A stretch of DNA of 64,000 nt from the human T2T-CHM13v2.0 reference genome, Homo sapiens. Both the position numbers and the translations under genes were made by a program. The notes under the pieces are model-generated. The model did not search any database, was not told where the DNA came from, and saw only the letters and a list, made by a program, of their open reading frames with translations. The stretch lies in NCBI RefSeq assembly GCF_009914755.1, contig NC_060928.1. One strand, written 5' to 3'. This document shows positions 1 through 14,370 of the stretch, in pieces (position 1 is the first letter of the stretch; each line of letters starts with the position of its first letter).

Positions 1-414
<414 letters not shown>

Positions 415-417
415 ATA

Positions 418-740
418 TCACATTCTGATGTATGTCCTATGCAAGAATATCTGTGGTATATACATAGTAGTAGAATTGCTGGAACATGGGGTATGCCAGT
501 GTTTAGCTTTGTGAGATAATGCCAAACTGTTTTCCAGAGTAGTCATAGCTATTTTTTCTTTCATCAGCAGTGGAAGAGCATTCCTCATTGCCTTGCATCC
601 TTGGCAATGGTTGATGTTATCAAACTTTAAAAGTTTTGCCAGTTTAGTGGTGTGAAATGTTATTTCACAATGATTTGAATGTACATTTCCTTGATTACAA
701 ATGAGGTTGAACATCTTTGTATGTTAGGGGCTTATGCTTC
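418..740 (-). mobile_element. Old L1 (L1M) fragment
   Basis: gaattgctgg...gccaaactgttttccagagt...tttccttgattacaaatgaggttgaacatcttt is typical antisense L1M sequence. Confidence 0.65.
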
Positions 741-774
741 TTACTTCTGTGAAATTCTTACTCACTTCTGTTTC

Positions 775-1058
775 CTTTTTTTTTTTCTTCTTTTTTTTTC
801 TTTTAGAGATGAGGTCTCACTCTGTTGCCCAAGCTGGAGTGCAGTGGTGCAGTCATAGCTCACTGTAACCCCAGACTCCTGGGCTCAGGTGATCCTCCTG
901 CCTCAGCCTCCTGAGTAGCTAAAAAAATATATTTTTTTTGGTAGAGACAGGGTCTCACTGTGTTTCCAGGCTGGTCTCAAACTCCTGAGCTGAAGAAATC
1001 CTCCTGCCTTGGCTTCCCAAAGTGCTGAGATTACAGGCATGAGCCACCACACCCAGCC
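775..1058 (-). mobile_element. AluJ-like
   Basis: gtcatagctcactgtaacc and gggctcaggtgatcctcc. Confidence 0.85.
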
Positions 1059-1367
1059 TTGTCTTTTCCTTTTTGATCTATGGGAATTCTTTACATATTC
1101 TAGATGCTAATAATTTGCCAACTAAATGTATTGTGAAGATCTTCTTAGTAAGTAATTGGATGTGGGAGGAGAGGAAGAAGTAGTATAGAATTACTCCCAG
1201 GTTTCTGGTTTGGGAAACTGATTGGATGATGGTGCAATTAAACTAGGACATAGAATAGAGGAGGAGAAACAGATCTCAGGGAGAGGAGAATTAGTTTATT
1301 TTGGAGTTTAAACTAAAGTTCCTATGGGATATTCAAGTGGACATGTCTTAGAGAAATTTGGCCATAG

Positions 1368-1540
1368 GGCTGGATGTGGTGGCTTGCACCTGTAATCCCA
1401 GCTTCTCTGGAGGCTGAGGTCAGAGGATTACTTGAGCCCAGGAGTTCGAGGCTGCAGTGAGCTATGATTGCACCACTGCACTCCGGCTTGGGTGACAGAG
1501 GAAGACCCTGTGTCTAAAAAAATAAGAGATTAAAAAAAAA
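1368..1540 (+). mobile_element. Alu monomer (FLAM/FRAM/AluJ part)
   Basis: ggctggatgtggtggct...gagcccaggagttcgaggctgcagtgagctatg. Confidence 0.8.
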
Positions 1541-1792
1541 AGAAATTTGGCTATAGGGATTTGGAGATTAGGCCAAGCTCTGTTATGCTACATTAGTTCT
1601 GTAGGATCTTATATGATGGGCCTTTCAGGAGATTACAGTTGGAAGGAGAGAGAGTGGTAATTCTCTAACTCATTTGTCTTCTGCCCATGCCACCTTCTTC
1701 TCCAGGCCATAGATTTCTCCAATCTAAGTTTCTTATGAAATAAATATCCCAACCAAGTGACACACAAGGCACTTCATCTTAGTTATAATTAC

Positions 1793-1798
1793 TTTATT
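1793..1798 (-). terminator. CXCL10 polyadenylation signal AATAAA (second AATAAA at 1861-1866)
   Basis: tttatt on the plus strand about 0.8 kb past the stop codon. Confidence 0.85.
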
Positions 1799-2590
1799 AA
1801 CCTTTTGATCTTTCAACATTTAGATAGTCTTTCTTAATATTTCCAGGAGAGTACCTCATTTTTATTTTGAAAACCATTCAGCACATTTATCTTATGTAAC
1901 ATGCAGAGCATATATCTATCTGTATTTTTAAAATTTTCCTGTTACTCATTGATACATAGTACTTAATTACATGTTATTCCATGTACACTGAAAACAATAT
2001 AGGAAATATATACATCTAAGACTTCTACTTTGTACAGTCTTTCATTAAATAAGAATACTTACACATACATTTTCAGATATTTCTACCTTCCTGTATGTGT
2101 TTGGAATTGTATGTAGGTAGCCACTGAAAGAATTTGGGCCCCTTGGGAGGATGGCAGTGGAAGTCCATGAAGTAAAGAGCATTCTTTAAAAAGCAGATTT
2201 GATTGCATACCTTTTAGTTATTTGAGATTCTGAGAATTCTGATAAACCCCAAAGCAGAAAGATTCCTTAGTACCCTTGGAAGATGGGAAAGGTGAGGGAA
2301 ATATTTGAAGCAGGGTCAGAACATCCACTAAGAACATAGCACCTCAGTAGAGCTTACATTATAGTGCCAGGGTAGAGTTATTACTGAATAGCTTAGGATG
2401 ATGAACATTAACCTTCCTACAGGAGTAGTAGCAGCTGATTTGGTGACCATCATTGGTCACCTTTTAGTGTAACTGCAAACTAAGAACAATTATGGCTTGA
2501 CATATACTCCATGTAGGGAAGTGATGGGAGAGGCAGCCTCTGTGTGGTCCATCCTTGGAAGCACTGCATCGATTTTGCTCCCCTCTGGTT

Positions 2591-2609
2591 TTAAGGAGAT
2601 CTTTTAGAC
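2591..2609 (-). CDS. CXCL10: CXCL10 exon 4 coding part
   Basis: Acceptor CTTCTTACAG; (R)SKRSP then TAA at 2593-2591. Confidence 0.97.
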
Positions 2610-3026
2610 CTGTAAGAAGAGAAAGGGGATATAAAAGTGTGATAGTCTGACTCTGGCTTCAGATTGGGTTGTGTTTGGAAAGTACCGAGTTCATAGAATA
2701 GATAACTGAGCTTTCCTGCTGCTATGCATTCATTATGGATTATAGGGGTTGCTTTTTTCAACCATGAAAGACTTGGGGAAAATGTTGTCAGTTTTGCTTA
2801 GATAGTTATAGCTGTACTTCAAGGTTGACTGGTAATCAGGGTAACTTCTGATACTTATCACACAAGATGGTGCCTCAGCATTTAAATAAATGGAGGTAGG
2901 GGAGGGCGTGGTGGTAACATACTTTTAAACCAGCGATTGCACAGCAAACCACAATGCAAGTATTTCTGACTCCCAAGATTGCCGTTTCCTAAAGAGCAAT
3001 TCTTCTGCAGGCAACAGCAAACCTAC

Positions 3027-3116
3027 CTTTCCTTGCTAACTGCTTTCAGTAAATTCTTGATGGCCTTCGATTCTGGATTCAGACATCTCTTCTCACCCTT
3101 CTTTTTCATTGTAGCA
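3027..3116 (-). CDS. CXCL10: CXCL10 exon 3
   Basis: Acceptor TTTCTACAG; ATMKKKGEKRCLNPESKAIKNLLKAVSKE; donor GTAGGT; 90 nt. Confidence 0.98.
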
Positions 3117-3351
3117 CTGTAGAAATAAATAGGGATGAAAATATTTAAAACTGTGTTGGGTCAATAAAACAGATGGCATACGCAGTTCTGAAGTCAGACA
3201 TTTAAGTTTCACTCTGCATGTTTTTGTTTGCTGTACATTAGTTTTAGAATCATCACAAACCCTTTACTGATCTTTTTTTATTATCATTACATATTTAATA
3301 CAGTATATAATTACAACCAGGGAAGTGATAATCAGATGGGATTTCACTCAC

Positions 3352-3478
3352 ATGATCTCAACACGTGGACAAAATTGGCTTGCAGGAATAATTTCAAGTT
3401 TTTCTAAAGACCTTGGATTAACAGGTTGATTACTAATGCTGATGCAGGTACAGCGTACAGTTCTAGAGAGAGGTACTC
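3352..3478 (-). CDS. CXCL10: CXCL10 exon 2 (CXC motif)
   Basis: Acceptor TTTTCCTACAG; VPLSRTVRCTCISISNQPVNPRSLEKLEIIPASQFCPRVEI; donor GTGAGT; 127 nt. Confidence 0.98.
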
Positions 3479-4031
3479 CTGTAGGAAAAGAGGAACAGCA
3501 GAGAAGGTTAGCACAGTGTTCATTTTAGGCATTTAATGTAGACTGGTGGTATTTAGCAGAACCTATATCCCCATATCAGCAAATAGTCACTTAATCTGAG
3601 GAGGAATGGATCACATCATAACACAACTGTAAATGATTAAAGAGTTGATTATCTGGAAGAAAAGAATTGCAGCTTGTTGATTATAAAGTCAAACCCTTAA
3701 GCACAGTTCATGTGGTTCATTGAGCTTAGTTAGGTAAGGAAGTATCTGTATCTCATCTCTGTCCGCATTCCCTCACATTTTCTCTCTCTATCCTCCCTCT
3801 TCCCCATCTCTTCTGTCCTCCTTCCCTTTTTCCTTCTCTTTCTCTTATTCTATTTGTTTCTCTCACTTCAATTCATATAAGTTTTATGATCTGAGGGAAT
3901 CTCTATTTATTTCCCTCTTATTTATAAGCATGCAGTGAAACTTTTACAAATACATTATTTCTGTATTTTTAGAATTTATACCTATTCCTATTTCTCATTT
4001 TACAAATTAAGTATCCTTTGATGTTCCTTAC

Positions 4032-4092
4032 CTTGAATGCCACTTAGAGTCAGAAAGATAAGGCAGCAAATCAGAATGGCAGTTTGATTCAT
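4032..4092 (-). CDS. CXCL10: CXCL10 exon 1 coding part (signal peptide)
   Basis: ATG at 4092-4090; MNQTAILICCLIFLTLSGIQ(G); donor AAG|GTAAGG after 4032. Confidence 0.98.
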
Positions 4093-4179
4093 GGTGCTGA
4101 GACTGGAGGTTCCTCTGCTGTAGGCTCAGAATATGTCTAAGCAATTGAGGAATGTCTCAGAAAACGTGGGGCTAGTGTG

Positions 4180-4381
4180 CCATATTTATCTGCAAAGCCA
4201 TTTTCCCTCCCTAATTCTGATTGGATAAGGGCATTACAGTTGACTTAGCAAAACCTGCTGGCTGTTCCTGGGGAAGTCCCATGTTGCAGACTCGAAGGTA
4301 TTATTTATTGTAGCCTCCAAGTTACGGAATTTCCCTCTGCTCCTCTTTTTTTGGTAATAGTGAATTAGGTTTCACTTTCCA
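4180..4381 (-). promoter_or_regulatory. CXCL10 proximal promoter: TATA-like, CCAAT, AP-1-like, two kB sites, ISRE
   Basis: Minus-strand reads: ATAAATA 4189-4183; CCAAT 4224-4220; TAAGTCA 4247-4241; GGGACTTCCC 4280-4271; GGGAAATTCC 4335-4326; ISRE GGAAAGTGAAACC 4380-4368. Matches the known IP-10 promoter layout. Confidence 0.93.
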
Positions 4382-6204
4382 AAACATGAACTGTTTCTTG
4401 AAAAAAAGAACTTCATTGCATATAGAAAAAAACAAAGGTTGCAATCCATTCTAACTATAATGCTTTTTCTCAACACTTAAACTTTTACAGTTACTTTCAG
4501 AGGTTATTTTTCAAAATATCCCCAGTAATAGAAATTTTTCATCCTTTATAGGTAAACCTAATTTTTTGGTAACAGCAAGTTGTGCCTGATTATTAGAACA
4601 GTGATTTACCTGGACAGTCCTCCTTGATCAAATACTATAAAGTAATAGGACTGGCCTGCTTTGACAGGGTCAAAGATCTGGAACTGGCAAGTTTTAAATA
4701 ATTCAATAAATGCTTTGATCATTCATAACACCATTAGATTAAGTAAATAGCCTCCAACATAACTATTTTGAGGGAAAACATTGCTCATTTGGGTATCTGA
4801 TTTGTGGTGTGTTAAAACAAGTTTCACGTCTTATAGCAGTCCCTGAATGAAAACATCATAAGATGGTATCTAGAATGGTGTGAGAAAAGGATTCATAGCT
4901 ATCCTAGGGTTATTGTAAAAAACAAAGGGTGCTTTTTGAGGAAATGAATTTAAAAGCGGGGGGGCACGCATAGAGACAGACCTTGGGAAAGTAGCTTGAG
5001 ACAGAAGGGAAACAGGTTGATTTACGATGGGGTTCAGCTCCAAGACACTGTTAAATGCAAAGAAAAAGAAAAAAAAAGTGTTGGCCATTGAGCTAGTAAC
5101 AGTGATAACTGAAATTGGCACAATTTTAACTGGATGATGAATCGTGGCAAAACTTAATTTCACAGCATTCAATAGTACTTGACTGATTATTCATAGTAGC
5201 TAGCAGTAGAAAGCACATGATACTCATATAATGGAACACATGTTGAACCTGAGAGTGGAAATTTAGCAGTATCCATGGATATAGTGGTCCTTGGTTGTGT
5301 TCTTTGCAAATGATTAGTAACAGGGAATCCAAGATGAAATACTGTTTCAAAGGCAGGCACCACCCTGCAATGAGAGATCTGAGGCAAGTGATATTTAGAA
5401 CCTAGGAAAATATATGGGAGTTCTTTTCATAGTCAGCTGGGCTGCAACAATGCAGGGATTGGTCAGGGAATGGAAAAGCTTCCATCCTAGGATCAGGCTA
5501 CTGTACTAGGCAGATACTGTCTCAGAACCTGGTATCAGGGGCCAAGAATAAAGCCTGTATCTGCAAACTGGGTGCACATAAAACTTGGATCCTCAAATGT
5601 AGGAACTCCATCATTAAAGCAGAGAGTGAGTTGCTTGGGGTAAATGGAATTTGCTAGAGAGCTGAATCCCATGTTAATCTGTTCTAGGAACTGGAATAGA
5701 GCTAAGCTTTCAAGTGAATAAGTCAGTGGAATTAGCTGTGGGAAACCGGAAAGGCAAAAGAGAGGGAGGTGAGGTAGAGACTGACAGAACCCAAAAGACT
5801 TTCACCTAGCAAAGAGGCGTTCGTTCTGATGAGGGAAAGTCTTATGAGAAATAGTGACAATGGAGGGATCCTTCCATACCTATTTGTGCAGAACAAACAT
5901 TTTACTGTGAATAGAATGCCAACAAATTTCAGAGAAATGTCTGACATCATGAATGGAAGAGGCCTAGAAAAGTTCAACATTAAACAATCAAAATGAGAGA
6001 TGGTGACAGTTTTATTTTAGTTGGTATCTAAGTTGTCAGCTAAAATGTCTCTATATAGAAGACAATGTAAAAAGGAGATACTTGATAAATGGACTAAAAA
6101 TCTGTTATTAGGGATAAAATATTTGATTTTTACTAAACATTGTATTACATTAACTGTGTGCCAGGCATTGTTTGAACTGCTTTGTGACTATTGACCATAT
6201 TGAC

Positions 6205-7080
6205 TCATTTTATTCTTATAATAACATCTACCTCTGACCCAGCCACTCTTCTATTTTTTTCACCATAGATTATTTTTGCCTGTTCTAGAACTTCATATAA
6301 ATGGAACCACTTGAGTATATACTCTTTTGTGCAAGACATCTTTTGCTCAGTATAATGTTTCTTAGATTCATCGATGTAGTTGCATGAATTAGTAATTTGT
6401 TTCTCTTTATTGATGGGTAGTAATCCATTGCACAAACATATCAGTTTGTTTCTTGTTGATGGACACCTTGACTGTGTTCAGATTTTAGTTATTATATATA
6501 AAGCTGCTACGAAGATTTTTTTATAATTTTTTTTCTGGGCATATGCTTTCATTTTGTGGGGTACATATGTAGCAGTGGAACATGATCACTTACTTTTTTT
6601 ATTTAAAAAACGTAAGTGATCACGTCACTCTTCTGCTTAAGACCTCAAACAACTTCCAGTTAGAATAAAATCCAAATTTCTAATTAAGCTGCTTTACTAA
6701 ATCCTCTATGATCTGGCTGCTACCTATTTGTCCAACCTCATATCATTCCTTCTCAACCACTACAATCCAGTCAGTGGCCCATACACTGGCAATTTTCTCC
6801 ATCTGGTATGCTTTTCCTCCTGTTCGTCACATAGAGAGTTCCTTCTGGACATTTAAATTTTAGCTGGCTTGTACCTTCTCTTGTCACACAATCTGAAGCA
6901 GACATGACTTTAATTCTCTACATGGCATTTCATACTATCTGATATTCAGTTCATTCATTTTTTTTAATTAGTGTAATGTCTGTTTCTCCATGCTAAAATG
7001 TATGCCCCAGGAGAACAGGGAACTAAAATGCATATGAGAGGCATTTGGTAAATATTGGATAGAAGGATGGTTGAATGAAT
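6205..7080. mobile_element. Old L1M fragment (~6205-6590) followed by an L2 3' fragment (~6610-7080)
   Basis: ttctagaacttcatataaatggaa L1M signature; L2 end ggtaaatattggatagaaggatggttgaatgaat. Confidence 0.6.
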
Positions 7081-7630
7081 CTTTACAGACTTTAAGTGAC
7101 AGCATACCAGGATTGTATTTCAAGAAGTATTTCCATTTGTTCATCAGATTTCTGAATCTGGACATGAGTATTATTGTTTTCCTTAGCTTTAAGAACCAAG
7201 TTTAATTTAAGAAGACTATAATTTCCCCAGAAGTTAGTTTAGATTTAAGTAGGTAAAATCAATACAGATATTCTCAGCTAGCTATAGGACAGACTCTTCA
7301 TTCCGGAACTCTGGTAAATATAGAGTGGTACCCCTAAAAGCTTCTTAGTTATTTGCTGTTTTTTTATCTGTAATTAAGCATTGAATGAATGAATGCAGGA
7401 ATGCAAATATCCTCAGTGCATATCATGTATATGGCCATGGATGGTGTTAGAAGAAGGAGGAGAAGTAGGCTTGTTCTCATTATTTTCTGTGCACTTTGTG
7501 TAGGGAACTAAGCTAATCTCAGGGAATACTAGAAGGGTTGAGATCCAATATTTATCCTTGATGGGTTTACATTCTAATTGGGAAGACCAGAAACTATGAA
7601 ACAATAAATATCAATAAGAGAAACTTTATG

Positions 7631-7934
<304 letters not shown>

Positions 7935-8118
7935 AGAAACTTTATGATCAGTACCAAATGAGTGGTATAGAAAATAAATAATGTGGAGGTTCATAGGAGA
8001 CTGTACTCATTAAGGTCAGAAGTTTTCAGAAGATCCTTCAGAAAAAAAGACCTCAGATGAGCCATAAAGTGTGAATGTTACTTAAGTAAGTGGCCAGGAG
8101 AGGAAAGCTTGTGCAATT

Positions 8119-8628
8119 ACAGATAAATGTCATCAAAAAATGGTAAAGGGGGAAGCCAACCAACCAGTCAGAAAAATTGGTAGACTCATAGGGGTGATAA
8201 TGCCGTGTTAGGATTCTATAAAATCTGGTCCTCAGTTTTTCCAGTCCAGAAATTCTCATTTTTTCCTAATCATCCAGGGTAAGCATATTCTCAGAGAGTT
8301 AACTCTGCTAACCAAATCTCAGATAGACTAAGATGAAAATTAAAAGACAGTGTATCCATTACAATCCATTACATTTGATGACAGATAAATGTCATCAAAA
8401 AATGGTAAAGGGGGAAGCCAACCAACCAGTCAGGAAGATTGGTAGACTCATAGGGGTGATAATGCCGTGTTAGGATTCTATAAAATCTGGTCCTCAGTTT
8501 TTCCAGTCCAGAAATTCTCATTTTTTCCTAATCATCCAGGGTAAGCATATTCTCAGAGAGTTAACTCTGCTAACCAAATCTCAGATAGACTAAGATGAAA
8601 ATTAAAAGACAGTGTATCCATTTACAAT
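8119..8628. repeat. Tandem duplication, 2 x ~247 bp (8119-8365 and 8381-8628)
   Basis: The copies are nearly identical by eye (cagaaaaattgg vs caggaagattgg, plus a 1-nt indel near the end); period 262 bp. Confidence 0.95.
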
Positions 8629-8988
8629 GAGAACCTTTTCAGTGACTAGGATGATTGGTTTTGGTATCCAAGTCACCCCTTTCCCAAGATCAGATTGCCT
8701 AGGAAATTGAATTAGTATCAGAACAGTACCTGGTGAGCAGAGTCAAACGAAGGACCCTTCTCTTCTTGTTTTAAATGAGGGTTCTGCTCAGGGTAGAAAC
8801 CTGACAAATGTGATCAACATGGAAAATCATTTAGAAAAAAAAAATCAAACTTTTAGAGACAGTAGCAAGCCCACTATTACTTATTTCACCCAAAGCCAAG
8901 ACTGCATGTGTCATTTGAATAAAAATCTAAATGATAACTCTTTTTATATATTTCTCTCAATTTTTGCAACGTTTATGGTATAATCACG

Positions 8989-9270
8989 TTCCTAGAATTC
9001 ACTGATCTGAGTATAATTTTGAAAGAAAATGAAAGTTAAGGAAGTATCCCGCTTTAGTTTCCGTTTCAGTCGCTATTGATTTATCTTTAAGCCTGTGATT
9101 ATGGCATCAGGCCAAAAAAGACAACAATGAAAAAAGGAACAGTCTGCCCTGACAAACTAATGAGCACAGACGAAGGCAAAAATGCTTTCCCGGAAACTGT
9201 TATGCTTAGAAGAAATTTTCTAAAAAGTGAGCAGGAGGACATCAGTGATTTCTGTGGACTGGGAATCCCC
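8989..9270. promoter_or_regulatory. Candidate distal IFN/NF-kB enhancer between CXCL10 and CXCL11
   Basis: GAS TTCCTAGAA 8989-8997; IRF-E GAAAATGAAAGT 9025-9036; ISRE AGTTTCCGTTTC 9056-9067; GAS TTCCCGGAA 9187-9195; kB GGGAATCCCC 9261-9270. Confidence 0.75.
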
Positions 9271-10608
9271 TCAGCTGGTGCAGAATATGCCTTGGAAAGT
9301 ATGGGAGAGCAGGGCAAAGCTTCCCCTTCACAGTTTTCACTCTGAGCTCTCAAAAGATTCCCCGAGCTCACAGTGTTTGGTAATACTGGTTACATACTTT
9401 TCAATTACCCATGTGTCTCATCCTTCATAGCCAGCCTAAGCAGAGGGCAAACTGAGTGCTGGCAAAGTGGGTGGTAGACCCTAACAATCATCATGGCATT
9501 GGAGGAGGCAGAGGCTCAGAATAGCTTCTGTTTGGATACATTTTAGGCTATGCAGTGTTTCTGAACTCGCGCACTTGAGAGGACTTTTACAAATATGGCA
9601 GATTTCATCATTTGGAGGAAGAGACAAAATTGGAGGACATTATAATAAAGTAAATGTGTTTGGGGGAAGTATGGTGCATTTCTTTCTCCTTCCCATAAAT
9701 AAGATATTTCAACAAAATAAATTAGAATTTTGTGATACTTTGTTCCATTTTTAATCAAAATCTTTAGAAAATGTCTAGTTTTAATTTTAATTGATTCATC
9801 ATTGGTTGTCTTTTCTTTTGAGAAGAGGAATCTTGAGATATGATATAGTTCAGTAGTGCCTGTTATTCCATATTTTAGATTATCATTCAGTTTTCTTCAA
9901 CTTCTTATTGACAGTTTGTCTTTGTGAACAATTTGAAGAAGAATGCTAAGTCAGGATTTATTATATAGAGTCTATAATTCACGTTAGGGCATTTCCAATT
10001 TAGTAGCAGTTTATTGAGCAGCACTAAGGAACTATGAATACATCTGTACTTATGGTGCCAGGATTTTTAGGACGTATTCTTCTTAGGTACTTAAGTGAAA
10101 CTATGGTTTCAGTGTTATGTGATAATCTCAGACTTGCTCAATTTCATTACCAGTGTCTGGTTAATAAAATTTGCAGACAAGGCAAGAAGAAGCAACTAAA
10201 ATTGCCTCATTCACCCCTTCTCCAAAAAAAACCCTAACAGTTTTTTTTGTGTGTGTACTACTTATAATCCACAGAATGTGCTGACCATATCATAAAGATT
10301 TATAATTGTTGGCTATGAAAATCTTTTCAGAAATAGATACAAAGAGGTATATTAATTCCATGTGGGCATATTAGGTCCTGTACTCAGTAGCCAAAAATAA
10401 TTAAGTATAATCTTTCCTTTTCTAATAGCATTATCCAAAACTACTCCATTTGTTTGAAAGCTCTTCTTGGCTAATTAGAGGAAACAGTCCTGAAATTTTA
10501 AGTCACTGTGAGTGTTTGGCATCTTAAGTTCCATGTATTTAAAATCGAATCTGCAGTTTTTTCTGCTAAACTACATCTTCCCCCTCATATCCCTATTTCT
10601 GTTAGTGA

Positions 10609-11015
<407 letters not shown>

Positions 11016-11124
11016 CTCAGCTTCAACTTTCACATCCAATCTATCACTGTCTTGATTATTTTTGTACAGTGTACTTGTCATTATATTTCTACTCTTACCA
11101 ATACCACCTTAGTGTAGCCCTTCT

Positions 11125-11720
11125 TCTTTTTATGATAGTAAAATACAAATAACATAAAATTTACCATTTTAACCATTTAAAAGAGTACAATTCAGTGGAG
11201 TTAAGTACTTTCACAGTGCTGTGAAGCCATCACCATAATTTAGTTCCAGAACATTTTCATCACCCAGAAACTCCATACTCATTAAGTAGTTACTCCTCAT
11301 TAACACCTCCCCCAAACCCCAGTCAGCTAATTTGCTTTTTGTTTTTATGGTTTTGCCTACTCTAGATATTTCCTATAAAATGGAATCATACAATATGTGG
11401 TCCCTTGTGTCTGGCTTTTTTTACTTAGCATATTTTCAAGGTTCATCCATGTTGTAGCATGTATCAGTACTTCATTCCTTTTTATGGCCGAATAATCTAT
11501 TGTGTGTGTATACCACATTTTATCCATTCACTTGTTGATGGATATTTGGGTTGTTTCTGCTTTCTGGCTGTTGTGTATAATGCTGCTATGAACATTTGTG
11601 TACCAGTTTTTGTTTAAAGAGCTGTTTCAGTTCTTTTGGGTATATACCTAGGAATGGAATTGCTGGATTATATAGTAATATATAATTACTATAATTATGT
11701 TTAACTTATTGCAGAGCCAG
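11125..11720 (-). mobile_element. L1MB-like 3' fragment
   Basis: aacataaaatttaccattttaacc...tacaattcagtgg...atggaatcatacaatatgtgg. Confidence 0.75.
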
Positions 11721-12879
11721 CCCCATTACTTTTCACACCAGTGTTTCCCAAAGTGTGGGACACTACCATGTACATTGATAATAACGTTTAGTATCAGTGA
11801 ATTATTCTCTTCTTAACTTCAATCCCTCTGATTAATTAAATCAGGGGGAATATTAGTATTTTTTCATTGTATTTTGTTTTATCATTACATTTTATTTCCA
11901 TGGCATGTATTACCGATTTTACATGTACAGTAGTGAAAGTTTACTTTTCATGTAAATGTACGTAAAATAAAGTGGTATACAGAGTTTCTAAAAATATAAT
12001 GAAGATCAAACAGAGAAATGTTAAAAAAAAATTGTAAAGATGATATGAGAATGCCTTGAAGTTTTGGAAATACAGACCTGAGATATTGCAGCTATTGCAG
12101 CAAATCCCAACTGATTTTCCTCCTCCACTCTTTCCCACTTTCAATCAACCATTCATGCAATTCCCAGAATATTTTCCAATGACTTTGATAGGGTCACTCT
12201 CTTCTTCACAAACATTTATTGAATCCCCATTTTGTACAGAGTAAAATTCAAGGTTATTTACAGTTTCATGTCCTTCATCCTTCCAACCAAACGAATCTAA
12301 TTATGATTCCTAAAAATCACTTTATACTTCCTACTACTGTACATTCCCTTGTGTCATTCCTCTGCTGTAAATTCCTTTTCCCTTAGTTTATATTGCCATT
12401 CAATAGGGTCTGATATGCACCAGAAACTGTACTGTTGGCCTGGGCTACAGCAGCTTTCTTTTACACTTATGAGAGAGCAGATATTAGGCACAGGAATAAT
12501 TCATTAATTACAATTGCAGTAAGTAGTATGATGGAAAAATAGAGAGTGTTATGGAAATAAATAAATAGGACACCTAATCTAGTTAAAGCTGAAGTGGTGG
12601 TTTCAAAGGCTTCTTGGAGAAAAAGTCATTTAAGCTGAGACCTAAGCAATTAGTAGGCATTAGCTTAGTGAAGAAATGGGCAGAGAGAATAGTATGTGCA
12701 AAGGTACCAAGGTGGGGAGGATCTTGGCTCAAATATGTTAATTATTAATATTTCATATATTTATTTTGCTATGAAGAACTTTAGGTGTATGTTTTCTTCT
12801 CAGTAATAATGTACTGGCCTATAATATTTAATATACTTCTTACAAATACCAATTTATCATGCAGCCTTAACTCTGTGAA

Positions 12880-13166
12880 TTTTTTTTTTTTTTGAGGCAG
12901 GCTTTTGCCCAGGCTGGAGTGCAGTGGTGTGATCACAGCTGACTGCAGCCTCAACCTCCCAGACCCAAGTGATCCATCCACCTCAGCTTCCCAAGTAGCT
13001 GAGGTTACAGGCATGTGCCACCATACCCAGCTAATTTTCCTATTTTTTATAGAGATGAATTTTCGCTATGTTGCCCAAGCTAGTCTTGAACTCCTGGGCT
13101 TAAGCCATTCACCTATGTTGGTCTCCCAAAGTGCTCAGATTATAGGTGTGAGCCACCATGCCCAGC
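12880..13166 (-). mobile_element. AluJ-like
   Basis: gatcacagctgactgcagcctcaacctcc. Confidence 0.85.
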
Positions 13167-13233
13167 TGACTATGTGAATTTTTATTTTTAAAGAGACTTA
13201 AAAAAAAAATCACTGTAAGTAGTCAAAGATTAG

Positions 13234-13546
<313 letters not shown>

Positions 13547-14370
13547 AGATTCAGGTCTTAAAACTATCCAGGGAATTTATATGGAAGTCCCATCTCTATA
13601 TAGATATTTATATAGATTTATATAACAATTTATTATAAATCTATATTGTATCTATAACCTATATAATAATGCAATATAGATATATCTGATTATAATCCTA
13701 TAATAAATATTTTTATTTTTCAAATGTATGGGTGCCTATATAGAGAGTACTGCTATCAGTCAAGGCTTTTGGTTACATGCAGAGAAACCAACTCTGGCTA
13801 TCTTAAGGAGAAAAAGAATTTAGTTGGAGGTTGAAGAATCCACAGGACAATGGAGAATAAGTCTTGGAAAATGGACAAAGACCTAAGGGAACTAGGTGAT
13901 AGGAAGGACTAGCCAGAGTCATGCTACAGGAACACACATTGGGAAGACACTACTGTAAGACTTTCATTGTTTCTCCTGCTGCTGCCAGGCTTGAAATAAT
14001 TTTCTTACTAATAGTATCTTTGTGATGCCAGCTGGAGTTCAAAGTCTAGGGTAGAAACAGCATGGCTGAGTCCTTGTTGTGGCTACAGGAGAGGATCTCC
14101 TGTCTTTGGCTTCTCTCTTTTGGCCTCCCACCAACACTCACATAAGGGATTTTCTCCAAGTAAGAAGGGGGTTTGGACTATCAAGACCCCCCAAGGCCGA
14201 CAAAAGAAACAACTGTCTTTCCCACCTACCCATTAAAATATATTTCTAAACAGTTTTTCATGATGACGGATAGGTGTATGTTTCTGAAATATAAGGCAAA
14301 ATTGTTAAAGGCATCTCAAATGTCCTGGAAAGTATATAGATCTTTTTTTAAAAAAGAAAGGTTGTGGTAG

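Larger units (their letters stand above)
1778..4158 (-). other. CXCL10: CXCL10 transcription unit (4 exons; TSS ~4158 and 3' end ~1778 approximate)
   Basis: The four exons below splice with GT-AG sites into a 297-nt ORF (61+127+90+19) encoding MNQTAILICCLIFLTLSGIQG-VPLSRTVRCTC...KRSP, the CXCL10/IP-10 precursor. AATAAA on the minus strand at 1793-1798. Confidence 0.97.
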
